DNA of 64,000 nt, taken from the NCBI GenBank assembly GCA_031362565.1, contig JANLSU010000047.1, forward strand, positions 1 to 64,000, written 5' to 3'. Positions 37,686-48,300 of the stretch are shown here, in pieces. The position numbers and the translations under genes are program-made. How positions within the stretch are numbered: the stretch's first letter is position 1; each line of letters starts with the position of its first letter. The notes under the pieces are model-generated. The model was not told the DNA's origin and did no database searches. It saw only the letters and a list, made by a program, of their open reading frames with translations. Source of the stretch: a bacterium (lineage in GTDB: Bacteria > Krumholzibacteriota > Krumholzibacteriia > G020349025).

Positions 37686-38750
37686 GTGACTCCGTTGAAC
37701 CGAAGAAGTCTGCGGCGGATGGCATGCCTCGGATGCACCGTCGTTGGAATTGGCATCGGACCCGCGCCGGCTTCGGCAATCGCGCCGCTGGCGGCACATT
37801 CCGGCATCTGGATCAGCCGTGAGGAAATCGCCGCGTTGCCCATGTCCGGCCCTGCCTGGGAGTACCTGCAGCGTGACGCCCACCAAAAGATCCCGCCGCC
37901 GGACCTGTCGAACCAGAACGATCGCACCAACGTCATCGTCGTCGCCAAAGCTTTCGTCTTCGCCCGTACCGGCGACGAGTCGTATCGCAGCGAAGTGCGG
38001 CAGGCGATCCGTGCGGCGATGGGCACCGAGCGCGGCGGCCGGACGTTGTCGCTGGCGCGTCAGCTCGGCTCGTACGTCATTGCGGCTGAATTGATCGGCC
38101 TGCCGCCCGACGAAGACGACATTTTCCGCACCTGGTTGCGCTCGACTCTCGATTTCGATCTCGAAGGGCGCACGCTCCGCACGACGCACGAACTGCGGCC
38201 GAACAATTGGGGCACCCATGCCGGAGCGAGCCGGCTCGCCGCCGCGCTGTACGTGGGCTGGACGCCGGAAGTCGAACGCTGTGCACAGGTGTTCCGCGGC
38301 TGGCTCGGCGAGCGTGCGTCGTACGCCGGATTCGAGTTCGGCGACCTGTCGTGGCAATCGGATCCGGCGCATCCGGTCGGCATCAACCCGCTCGGTGCGA
38401 CCCGTGACGGGTATTTGATCGATGGCGTGCTGCCGGACGACCAACGGCGGGCGAGTCCGTTCACGTGGCCGCCACCGCACGAGAACTATGTCTACGAAGC
38501 GCTGCAAGGCGCTGTCGCGCAGGCCGTAATGTTGGAGCGCGCCGGTTACCCGGTCTGGGCTTGGAGTGATCGCGCCCTGCTGCGAGCTTTCCTGTGGCTG
38601 CAGAGTAGGGCGAACTATCCGGCCACCGGCGACGATACGTGGCTCCTACCAATTGTCGATCGTGCCTACGGTACGCAGTTCTGGGACGGCGGTCCGACGC
38701 ATCCCGGAAAAAGCATCGGCTGGACGGATTGGACGCATGCACGACGTTGA
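37686..38750 (+). CDS. Periplasmic alginate-lyase-family (alpha/alpha toroid) polysaccharide lyase
   Basis: Signal peptide. AAELI...FRTWL, PNNWGTHA, DQRR...NY.YE, matching AlgL-like lyase features. Confidence 0.7.
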   Translation: MTPLNRRSLRRMACLGCTVVGIGIGPAPASAIAPLAAHSGIWISREEIAALPMSGPAWEYLQRDAHQKIPPPDLSNQNDRTNVIVVAKAFVFARTGDESYRSEVRQAIRAAMGTERGGRTLSLARQLGSYVIAAELIGLPPDEDDIFRTWLRSTLDFDLEGRTLRTTHELRPNNWGTHAGASRLAAALYVGWTPEVERCAQVFRGWLGERASYAGFEFGDLSWQSDPAHPVGINPLGATRDGYLIDGVLPDDQRRASPFTWPPPHENYVYEALQGAVAQAVMLERAGYPVWAWSDRALLRAFLWLQSRANYPATGDDTWLLPIVDRAYGTQFWDGGPTHPGKSIGWTDWTHARR

Positions 38751-38788
38751 ACCGTCCGGCGCGTAGTTCGCAACAAAGGAGAAGAAAG

Positions 38789-39337
38789 ATGTCATTCATT
38801 CGAACGAGTGCAGCTTGGAAATTCACACTGGCGGCGGTGTTGTGTACCGGTCTGCTGCCCCAAATAGCCGCGGCACACACCTGGGACGTCGCGGCAAAGA
38901 TCGGTGTCGGCATCCCGGTCGGCAGCCTGAGCGACGGTTATGACCCGGGACTCGGGTTGTCGCTTGCCACGACACGCTGGTTTGGACCGCGGGTCGGACT
39001 CCGCTTCGGAGGCGCCGGCAACTTGTTGGGCGGCACGACCAACGGTATTCCCGATGTCACGTTCTGGCACTACGACGTCGGACCGGAGTTCGATCTCCTT
39101 CCCCCAGCCAACAAATTGATGCTGCATGGCAATGTCGGGCTGGGCGGTACGACGGAGCAGGCCAGTGGCGGCAACAGTGCCACCGACTTTACGCTGAACT
39201 TCGGTTTGAACCTCGAGTACCCGCTCAACGAATACTTCCATCTGATGGGCGGTCCGGCGCTGTACATGGTTTTCGCCGATAAGACCCAATACATCATGCC
39301 AATCACCGTGGGCTTCCGCTATCTCTTCGCGGACTAA
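38789..39337 (+). CDS. Small outer-membrane beta-barrel protein
   Basis: RBS AAGGAG. Signal peptide, alternating aromatic strands, ends ITVGFRYLFAD. Confidence 0.8.
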   Translation: MSFIRTSAAWKFTLAAVLCTGLLPQIAAAHTWDVAAKIGVGIPVGSLSDGYDPGLGLSLATTRWFGPRVGLRFGGAGNLLGGTTNGIPDVTFWHYDVGPEFDLLPPANKLMLHGNVGLGGTTEQASGGNSATDFTLNFGLNLEYPLNEYFHLMGGPALYMVFADKTQYIMPITVGFRYLFAD

Positions 39338-39343
39338 TCAGAA

Positions 39344-39385
39344 GGCGGCCGCAAAGCCCGGGCGATCCCGGGCGATGCGGCCGCC
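39344..39385. terminator. Long GC hairpin between convergent genes (end of EPS operon)
   Basis: ggcggccgca-aa-gcccggg-cgat-cccgggc-ga-tgcggccgcc: 17 bp paired, followed by aaaa (U-tract on the minus strand). Confidence 0.75.
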
Positions 39386-39398
39386 AAAACGAAACCAC

Positions 39399-40184
39399 TC
39401 AGCGTTGCCGGTACGCGACCTGGGCTTCGGGCATCCACTTCTCGAGATCTTGAACCCGCTTTTCGTCCGACGGGTGGTCACTCAAGAATGCCGGCGGCGC
39501 TCCGCCCTTGGATGACGCGATCATGCGCCGCCAGAAGGCCGGCGCCGCTTGCGGGTCGTATCCGGCCTTCGCCATGAGCACGAGACCGATGTGATCGGCT
39601 TCACTCTCCTGGGAGCGGCTAAACGGCAGGACCACACCGACCGCCGTTCCGACGCCGAAGGCCGTCATGACCACTTGCTGCATCACCGGACTTTTTGTCT
39701 GCAGCAATTGCTGCAGTCCCGCGCCGCCGAGCTGCAATGCCAGATCGTCGGTCATGCGTTCGGAGCCATGGCGGGCGACGGCGTGACCGATCTCGTGCGC
39801 CAGCACGACCGCGAGCCCGCTCTCATCTTGGGTGACCGGCAGAATACCGCTGTAAACCGCGACCTTGCCACCCGGCAGACAGAACGCGTTGACCGTCTTG
39901 GGATCGTCGAGCAACACGAACTCCCATTCGAAGCTCGGAGCATCCGAGACAGCGGCGATGCGCTTGCCCACTCGCAGAACTTGGTCGTACTGCGCACCAC
40001 TGGTGATCAGTTTCGAGTCCTTCTTGACCTTGGCGTACGCCTCCAGCCCGAGGGCATTCGCCTGGCTGTCCGGCACTAAATTGAAGGAATGGCGTCCGGT
40101 CACGGGGACCGTGCTGCATCCCGTACCGATCGATGTGACCAACGCCAACCCCAACAGACCGCTGCAAACTCGTGTCGCCTTCAT
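39399..40184 (-). CDS. M48-family metallopeptidase lipoprotein
   Basis: Lipobox GTG-C. NAFCLPGG, HEIGH, ESEAD, AGYDP, SDHP. Confidence 0.93.
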   Translation of the reverse strand: MKATRVCSGLLGLALVTSIGTGCSTVPVTGRHSFNLVPDSQANALGLEAYAKVKKDSKLITSGAQYDQVLRVGKRIAAVSDAPSFEWEFVLLDDPKTVNAFCLPGGKVAVYSGILPVTQDESGLAVVLAHEIGHAVARHGSERMTDDLALQLGGAGLQQLLQTKSPVMQQVVMTAFGVGTAVGVVLPFSRSQESEADHIGLVLMAKAGYDPQAAPAFWRRMIASSKGGAPPAFLSDHPSDEKRVQDLEKWMPEAQVAYRQR

Positions 40185-40383
40185 GATTCTTTCCTTTGGC
40201 AAGTCCCTCAGGCTCGGCCGCCGAAGCGCCGCGCACGTGATCCGCGCCCATCATGCCAGACCGCCGCTGACGCGCCGATGAACGCAGAATGACAATCGAG
40301 TCATTGCGCCTGGAATCGGATCTTGACCAAGGACTGCTGCGGGTGTTCAATTGTATGAGCCCGATCCGCGTGTGGGGGACACC

Positions 40384-41106
40384 GTGAAAAATCACGCCAT
40401 TGCGGCGATCATTGCGCTCTGCCTCGCGCTCCCGGCATGGGCCGCGGACGGTAACATCGGTCTTTACTTCGATGCCAACTTGGGCTCCTGCCAGATGAAC
40501 ATCCCGTGCCATTGCCTGGGACGTCTTTACGTCTACGGTCGCTTGGAGGGAGCGAGCGCCGGCGGCATTACCGGCGCCGAGTACAAGATCGCGGTCGGAC
40601 CCAACTCGAATGCCGATCCGGGCTGGCTCTTTTCGGAAACGTTCGATCCCGGCGCGACGGTGATCGGCGCCGGTGCCCTCAACGCCGCAGACCCGTTGGG
40701 GCGTGGCGTCGATGTGGCCTGGCCCGCCTGCCAAACCGGTGGTGGGATCGGAGTCGCGGTCCTGATCGAGACCGTCGAGATTTTCAACCTGGACTGCCCC
40801 TCCGGGGACATGCGTCTCCAGGTCGTCAAGCACGACGCGCCTTCGAACCCGTTCTTCCAGTGCCCGCTGGTCGTTCTGTGCGACGCGCCGGTCTTTACGA
40901 AGGTGTGCGTCGGCTCGAATCTGACCGTCTGCCGCAACCCCGAACCGCCGTTTCCGAACAATGCAACGTGCTCGACGAGCGGCGAGGGTTGGATCAACCG
41001 TGAGCACCCACTCTGCTGTACGCATTGTCTACCGGTGTTCGCCAACTGCACGATCGCAGTCCAGAGCAAGGCGTGGTCAGCGGTGAAGTCGCTCTACCGC
41101 GACTGA
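40384..41106 (+). CDS. Secreted Cys-rich protein with C-terminal AWSAVKSLYR tail
   Basis: Signal peptide ending AWA. IGLYFD, GITGAEY, many Cys. Ends IAVQSKAWSAVKSLYRD. Confidence 0.82.
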   Translation: MKNHAIAAIIALCLALPAWAADGNIGLYFDANLGSCQMNIPCHCLGRLYVYGRLEGASAGGITGAEYKIAVGPNSNADPGWLFSETFDPGATVIGAGALNAADPLGRGVDVAWPACQTGGGIGVAVLIETVEIFNLDCPSGDMRLQVVKHDAPSNPFFQCPLVVLCDAPVFTKVCVGSNLTVCRNPEPPFPNNATCSTSGEGWINREHPLCCTHCLPVFANCTIAVQSKAWSAVKSLYRD

Positions 41107-41134
41107 CGCACAGGGTCGCGGTCCCCGGCCTCGC

Positions 41135-42338
41135 TCACAGCTCCGAGAACACCCGGTACACGACTTGGTTGATCGCCGGCATCGTGATGGGCGCGGCGAT
41201 GCGCACCCAGATCATCACATACACTTGCCGCCCCTCGATCGTCAGCGCGACGATGCGCGGCGAGTGATCCGCAGTGCCAAGCGTGGACGTGAGAAGGCGC
41301 GCCTGGCTCGGGTAGGTCGCGCGGTCCGCAACCGGCATCTGGACGATGTCCTCGGTGGGATCGCCGAAGTGCGTCGAGCTCCAGGCGATCCGCGCGGCTC
41401 CCAGGTGATCGAAAAACAACGACGCAGCGAGGTCATTCTGATCATCGGCGAGGTCGGTGGTCACGGGCGTCACGTTCACGCCGTGGCGTCATTCGATTCG
41501 CAGTAGACGAGATCGGCCGACAGATCCAACACATCGTTGGAGGGTTCGAGCTTCCAGCGCTCGAGCACCCCGCCGAACGATCCATTCGCCAGTTTGATGA
41601 TCCACGGCAGGCCCGACTGCTGGTGCCGGTGTCAAGCGACGGGACCGCGGTGGGCGCCTGCCAGGTGCGGCCGCTGTCCGCCGAAGCGGAAACGAACATG
41701 TCGTTCTTGCCGAAGGTGCCGCGGGTGTGCGACCCGAAATAGATCCGCAGATCGTTGTCGGCGACGCTGACGATGTTCGGGAAGCGATCGAAATGCGGTC
41801 CCGTGGTGACGTTTCTCTCGATCGCCGCCGTCCACCCTGGCGCCGTGCCGTCGCTCTTCATGTACAGGATGTGCGATTGATTGCTCAGATCCCAACGATG
41901 CCACGCAACGTGCTGGATGCCGGCGTGATCAATGAACAGCGACGGGAAGTTGTCACCTTGCGTGGGCGGTGGAAAGTCGACGGGAGAATTGTGGGTGATT
42001 TGGATTGGCGCCGACCAGGTGATGATGCCCGAAACAAGGTCCACTCCGAGCGAATGAACGGCATAGAGGTCCTTGGTGCCGTCGCGGTCTGAAAACCAGA
42101 CCACGTAGATGTTGCCGGCCGCGTCCAGTGCGACGGTGGGATCATCGTCCTGGCCCGCGAGATTCCCGGTGGCGAGCAGCGTCACGGGGCCGTTGACTGG
42201 TGGAGCGGGACTCATGGGCTGCGCATTCTTCGTGCCGCAGCCGCTGCCGGCGAGGCCCATCGCCACAATCAGCAGCTCCCGCCAGCCGCGGCCGGCGCGT
42301 CGCAGGTCCTCTCCGTGTTGCATTGCCGGCATGCGCAC
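41135..42338 (-). pseudogene. BNR/Asp-box (sialidase-like propeller) lipoprotein broken by two frameshifts
   Basis: Lipobox AGSG-C and Asp-box SADSGRTW. The protein-like frame shifts near 41625 into HQQSGLPWIIKLANG...DLVYCESNDATA*, then shifts again near 41478 into ORF 41135-41479. Could also be assembly indels. Confidence 0.65.
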
Positions 42339-42392
42339 CAGACAGGTTCCTTTTTGAAGGCAAAACCGCCGCGCGATACGGCCGCGCGGAGT

Positions 42393-45300
42393 CTACTTCA
42401 AAAGCAGCAACCGGCGCGTCTGAGTGAACGCACCACTCTGCATGCGATAGAAGTACACGCCGGACGGCAACGTCCGGCCGCGCGCATCACGGCCATTCCA
42501 ATCGACCGTATAACGTCCCGCGCTGTACGCGGCGTGTACGAGCCGCCGCACGTGTTGCCCGGCCGCGTCGAACACATCCAGTTGAACCCAGCCGGTCGAC
42601 GGCAACTCGAATGGAATCAACGTGCTCGGATTGAACGGATTCGGCGTGTTCTGCAAGAGCGCATAGGCACGCGGCAGCAGTGCCGGCTCGGTGTCCGTCG
42701 TCCCGCGTTCGAGTCCGAACGGCGCGTCCGTTGCATCGCGGGCCAGGAAGCCCTCTGCATCGGCCAAGACCACACGCACGCGCGCCGTAGTCGTCGGCAG
42801 ATTGGGCGGGGTCCACGTGACGCTCGTCCCGGTGACATCGGCGGCGATCGTCGCCCAGGTCGCACCGTCATCCGGGGACCACGAGATCTCGGCACGAGTG
42901 CCCGTCCACCCGAGCGGCAAGGACCAACGGATGGTGTACGGCCGTCCGCATGCCACCCGCTCGCCGCCGCGCGGTGCGGTGACGATGTGGCGGACGATGG
43001 TCACCGGGGCCGACCGGCGAAAGCCGCGCCCGTCCGTGTACTGGCCGCTGATTTCGAGGGCGGGAGATCCGGTGTCGCTGAAGGTCCGCTGCACGGCAGC
43101 GCGGTCGAAGCACAGCACGAGGTCCGGAATCCCATTGCCGTCCTGGTCGCCGATCACCGGCGCCGTCGCAAGCGGCGCAACCTCGCCGCCGACTCGCAGG
43201 CTCGCAACCACCACGTCCGACGGCAATAGCGGCGCCGGCGGTTCGAGGCGGATCGAGACGTCGCCGCTCCGCACGCGCAGGTCGAGCGGTTGCGGCGTGA
43301 CCGCTGCGCCCGTACTCACCTCGTCCACGACGTGCAGGCGCGCCGCACCCCTCAACGTTGGGCGGTCCGGATCGTTGGTACTGATCAACAGCACGGCGTT
43401 CTTGTCACCGATCGGGAGATTCGCGGCGTCGAACGCTACCTTCAGCGACAGACAGGCGCCGGCTGCGACGACCCCGGTGGTGGGCGTCACCTTCACCCAG
43501 GGGAGCACCGGCCGGGTGATGCGAATCGCCAGACTCGGGTGCAGGTAGGGGGCGTTGAACACCACGGTGAGACCGTCCGTCCGGTCGCCGTTCTGCATAC
43601 CGGTCGTGCAACTGTTCAGGACAGCGCCCACTACCTTGTACTGGTACACGATGTCGCCGTTCGCGAACAGGATGATTTGGAACGTGTTGGGGGTGCCGGC
43701 GCCGCCGCTGAAGCGGGTCACCTTGTCATACTGAATCACCAAGCGCGTGGCATCGCTTTGGTACAGGATGCGGGCCCCATTGGCTGCCGACACCAACAGG
43801 TCGTCCCAGAATGCGGCGAGCAGATTCTCCGGTGCCGCCGGATCCGATGATGGGAGCACCTGGTTGCCGTAGATCGAGTTGCTGTTGGTGAAACTGATAT
43901 AGCCGTTGGTGCACACCCGGAACGACGCGAAGGTTTCACCATAGAACGGGAACGCGAAACCGATTGGAAACGGTCCGACGTTTTGCTCGTCCGCGAAAGG
44001 TTGCAACGGAACGAGCGCCCCGGTGTTCGAAATGTCGATCCATCCGAACGCCGGGCCGCCGGGGTCGTCACTGTCAGTCCATCGATAACCGAACGCATCC
44101 GGGCCGCCGTGACCCAGGATTCCATCGCGGGGATCTGTTGCCTCCTTCGGCAGCCAGAGTGCCGCGTGAGTTGCCACGGGCGTCGCCGCCGGAGGCACTG
44201 CGGTCGCGGTGAAATGCAGGTCGCTGCCGCCGGTGTTGCAGATCTGCAGCGACTTGACCACCTCGCGTCCGGCCGTTGTGGTTGCCTCGATGATCGGGGG
44301 CTGCACTGCAGCGACCGGCGCGGGTGCCGCCGTCGCCACGATCGGCACCACGAGCAGCGATTCCGGCGATGTGTTGGTGAAGGTCAGACTCGTGCTGCGG
44401 TTGCCGGATTGGGTGGGGAAGGCGACGAAAAGCAGCGCTTGCGACTGCCCAGGCTGCAGCGTGAAAACCTGCGGTCCGGCGTTGAAGTCCGGCAGCCCGC
44501 TCGTGATCGCCGACACCGCCAGCGGCGCCAGCCCGGTGTTCACCGCCGTCATGGCGCGAATGACCGGCCGGTTCAGGAAGATCGTGCCCAAGTCCAACGT
44601 CGCCGGTGAGATGGTGAGCCGGCCCGTTGTCGTGATATTCAAGATCACCGGCAGATTGATTTGCAACTCGTCCGAGTCGTTGGTCGCGAAGATCAGCGAC
44701 GTGCGGTGTTGGCCGGGTGGAAGGTTCCTGGCATCGAGCCCAATCTGGACGAACTGCGACTGCCCACCGAGAACGAGCCCGGATGTCGGTGTGATCGTCA
44801 GCCACGGAATGGGGGACGAGAGGCACTGCCACGCCAGAGGGTATGAGTTGGGTACGACATTGGAGATCGTCAGCGTTTGGCTGACGACGGCGCCCGGGGA
44901 CACGGTCACCGCGATCGAGTCGGGCTCCAGGTCCACATCCGGCGCCAAGACTCCAAGGCCGCTCAACCCTACGGGCAACGAGGGCTCGTCCGGATCATCG
45001 CTCGTCAGCGTCAACACGCCCGTCGCGACTCCTGAGGCGAGCGGTGAGAACGTGACTTGCAAGGCGTGGAAACTGCCTGCCGCGACGTCGAAACCGAGTG
45101 AATCGGCGCCAAAAAACGGATTGTTTGTTTGCACCCGGGTGATGTGCAACACGTCAGTTCCAACGTTTGCGACCCGGAGATCGTGTCGGCTTGTCGAGTT
45201 CACAAACGTCAGACCAAAGTCGATGGGCGCATTTGGCGTGTCGATGTCCGGGGAGCCGGTGACGTGCAATGACGCGAACACGTTGCGGACGTCGTCGGGG

Positions 45301-48300
45301 TCGTTGCTCTGCACCTCGGCCCGGACGCGGTAGTCGCCGCCGATCAGGCTATGGGCGTCGAACAAGACTCGCACCGGCTGATTGCCGCCCGGTGCGACCG
45401 TGCCGCCGGTGGGTTGGAAACGCAGGAACGGGATATCCGGCACATAGCGCCCAAATCCGAAACCGTTGGACCCTTCGGCGAAGTACACGCCGCGATTCAC
45501 TCCTTGGCTTAGGAACGTCACGCCGCCATTCGACACGTAGAACAGCGGATTCGATTCGGTGCTCCACGATTGTGTCACGAAGTCGTAGACCTGCCAGCCC
45601 GTGCCGCCTGCCGCATAGTAGCGGTGGCTCAATGGATCGACGGCGCTGCCGACACCCGCATACCCAGGCACGTTCGCGAGCCCTGCCCATTGGTTCGTCG
45701 CCGGGTCGAACACCAAGAAGGTGAAGCCCTGGTGGACATACAAGCGGCCCTGGTAGAACTGCATGCCGCCCGGCCAATCCAGGAACACCGGCGGTGCCGG
45801 CAGTGGCTGAATCTGGCCTGTCGCAGGGTTGTAGCGCATGAACAGATTCGATCGCGCCGCGTACAGGTACGTCCCATCGGTGGCGATCAAGGTCGTACTC
45901 GCGAACAGTGGGCTGTTGATCTGCGACCAACTGTTGGCCGCGATGTCGTAGATCCGCAGCGCGATGTCGCTGCTACTCACCGCGTACAGAGTGCCGTTCA
46001 GTACGACGGCACCGGCAGCGATCAGCGCCTGCGGTTGCGGCGCGAGGGGTGTCCAGGTTGCAATGCTGGGCTCGTACCGCGCAAAGCCGGTGCCGAACGT
46101 TTGAAATGCGTAGATGGCTCCAGTTGCCGGATCCGTGGTGAGTCCGTTCAAGAGGGACGGCGACGGCGATAGGGGTGCGAACGTGCCTGCGGCAGCCGGC
46201 GTCGCGTCCCTTCCGGCCTTGATCTGCGCACCAGGCTCCACGCCGTGGACTGCTGCCTCCGGATGCAAGACGATGGTCCAGTCGAGCGCCGATCCACCGG
46301 TGTTCGAAATGTTCACCACGGTCGAATCCACACCGTTGGTGAACAGGTCGGCGTGAATGGAATCCGGAGCAACTCCGATCTGTGGCGGGATCAGGCCGAT
46401 ACCGCTGAGCGCGACCGCGACCTGCGGGTCGTCAGGATCGTTGCTGCTGAGGATCAGGGTCAGGGCGGAGGGTCCGGGCGTCACCGGATCGAAGCGCACG
46501 GGCAAGACCGTTTGTTGGCCCACGGCCAGCGTGAATGGCGTCGCGGTGACCGAGAACGGTGGGTCCGTCACGACGCTCGAGACCTGCAGCATATCGGTCC
46601 CGGCATTCGTGACCTGCAGGTCCAAACTGCGTGTCCCGCCGACGAACACGCTGCCAAAGTCGAGATGCGTCGTGGAAAGAGATACTTCTGGGGCGCCGGT
46701 GACGTGCAGCGTGGCAGCGACGCGCACCGGATTCTCGTCGGGATCATTGCTCCCGATCTCGACCGTGGCGCGATAGTCGCCGCCGATGAGCCCGGCGGCG
46801 TCAAAGACGGCGGCGATTTCTTGCTGCTCTCCCGGCAGCACGCTCCCGGACGCGGGCTCGGTGCGCAGCCATCCCGCCGACAACTCGTACCGTCCGAACC
46901 CAACCCCACCCTCGCCTTGCACGAAGTACACACCGCCGGGTCCGGGTCCGCGCACGACGGCCATGCCGCCGTCGGACACGGGGAACAACGGTTCGGTCAC
47001 GGCGCTCCATTGTCCGGTTGCGATATCGAACGCGTACCAGTTCGACCCGCCGTACGACCCATGGGCGTAGTAAACGCTCGAGGCGGGATCGACGCAGCTT
47101 CCCAGTACAGCGCCACCGGGCAGCGGCGGCAACGATGCCCATTGGTTATTGGCAATGTCATAGGTTTCGAATCCTTGGAACCCATCGCCTTGGTGGCCAT
47201 ACAACTTGCCCGCATGGAACTGCAGGCCGCCCCATGCGGTGAATCCCGCCACCGGTTGCGCCATGAACGTCCACTGCGATGTGACGGGGTCATGGCGCAC
47301 GAATCCGGAGGGACCGGCGAGATAAATGTACTGGCCGTCGGTCGCGATGTTGCCGGTTGCGTTCCCCAGGCCGTTGGCAAGGGTCGTCCAGGTGTTCGTG
47401 ACAATGTCATACACACCGAGTTGCGAGCCATTGCCCGTGTACACCGTGTAGATCTTGCCATTGAGGATCATGGCTCCACCGTTGTTACCACTGAACAACG
47501 GACACGCCGCAAGCGGCTCCCAACTGTTCGTCGCCCGGCGGTAACGGTAGAAAGCAAACCCTTCATTTTGCTGCGCGTAGATGAAACCGCTGCCCGGATC
47601 GGCGGTGACACACGTCATCGGCACGGGACAAGACGCCAGGGGCTGGAAAGCACCCAGCGCCAGCGGATACGCGCCGCGAACTTGGCTCGAGACAGTGGTG
47701 CCGTGGTTGCTGGTTCCAGTCGTTGCGGTTGCCGGTGCCACATAGAGCGCCCCTGCGGCCGCTAACGCGCTCGCGGACCAGATCAGCGGGCTCCCGCCGG
47801 TGTTCGCGATGGTGATCGTGCGCGTCGCCGTCGCGCCGGTGAACAAGTCGGCATGGATGGAGTCGGGCTGCACCGCAATATCCGGCGCGATAACCGACAA
47901 TCCCCGCAGCTCGATCGACACGCTTGCCTCGTCCGGATCGTCGCTCTGCACCAACAGGGTGCCGTGCTCACTCGCCGGCACTGGCGGGCAGAACTGCAGA
48001 GTCACGTTCTGGCTGGCGCCCGGGGCCAGCGCGAAGCTGCCGGGGCTCGCAGTGAACACCGGATTCGCACTCGCGATGGAACTGACGGTCAAAGGGTCGG
48101 TTCCGGGGTTCGAAACGATGAGATGCCGGGTCACGCACCCGCCCGCAAACACGGTTCCGAAATCGATCGAGTCGACGGCCGCCGGGTAGGTGACGCGCAC
48201 CGTGTGTTGGTTGATGGTGCAAAAGACATTCACGTCGAAGGTGTTCTGTACTTGCGCTTGAATCACGCCGTCGAGAGCGAGAGTTCTGAGCAAGGGCAGG

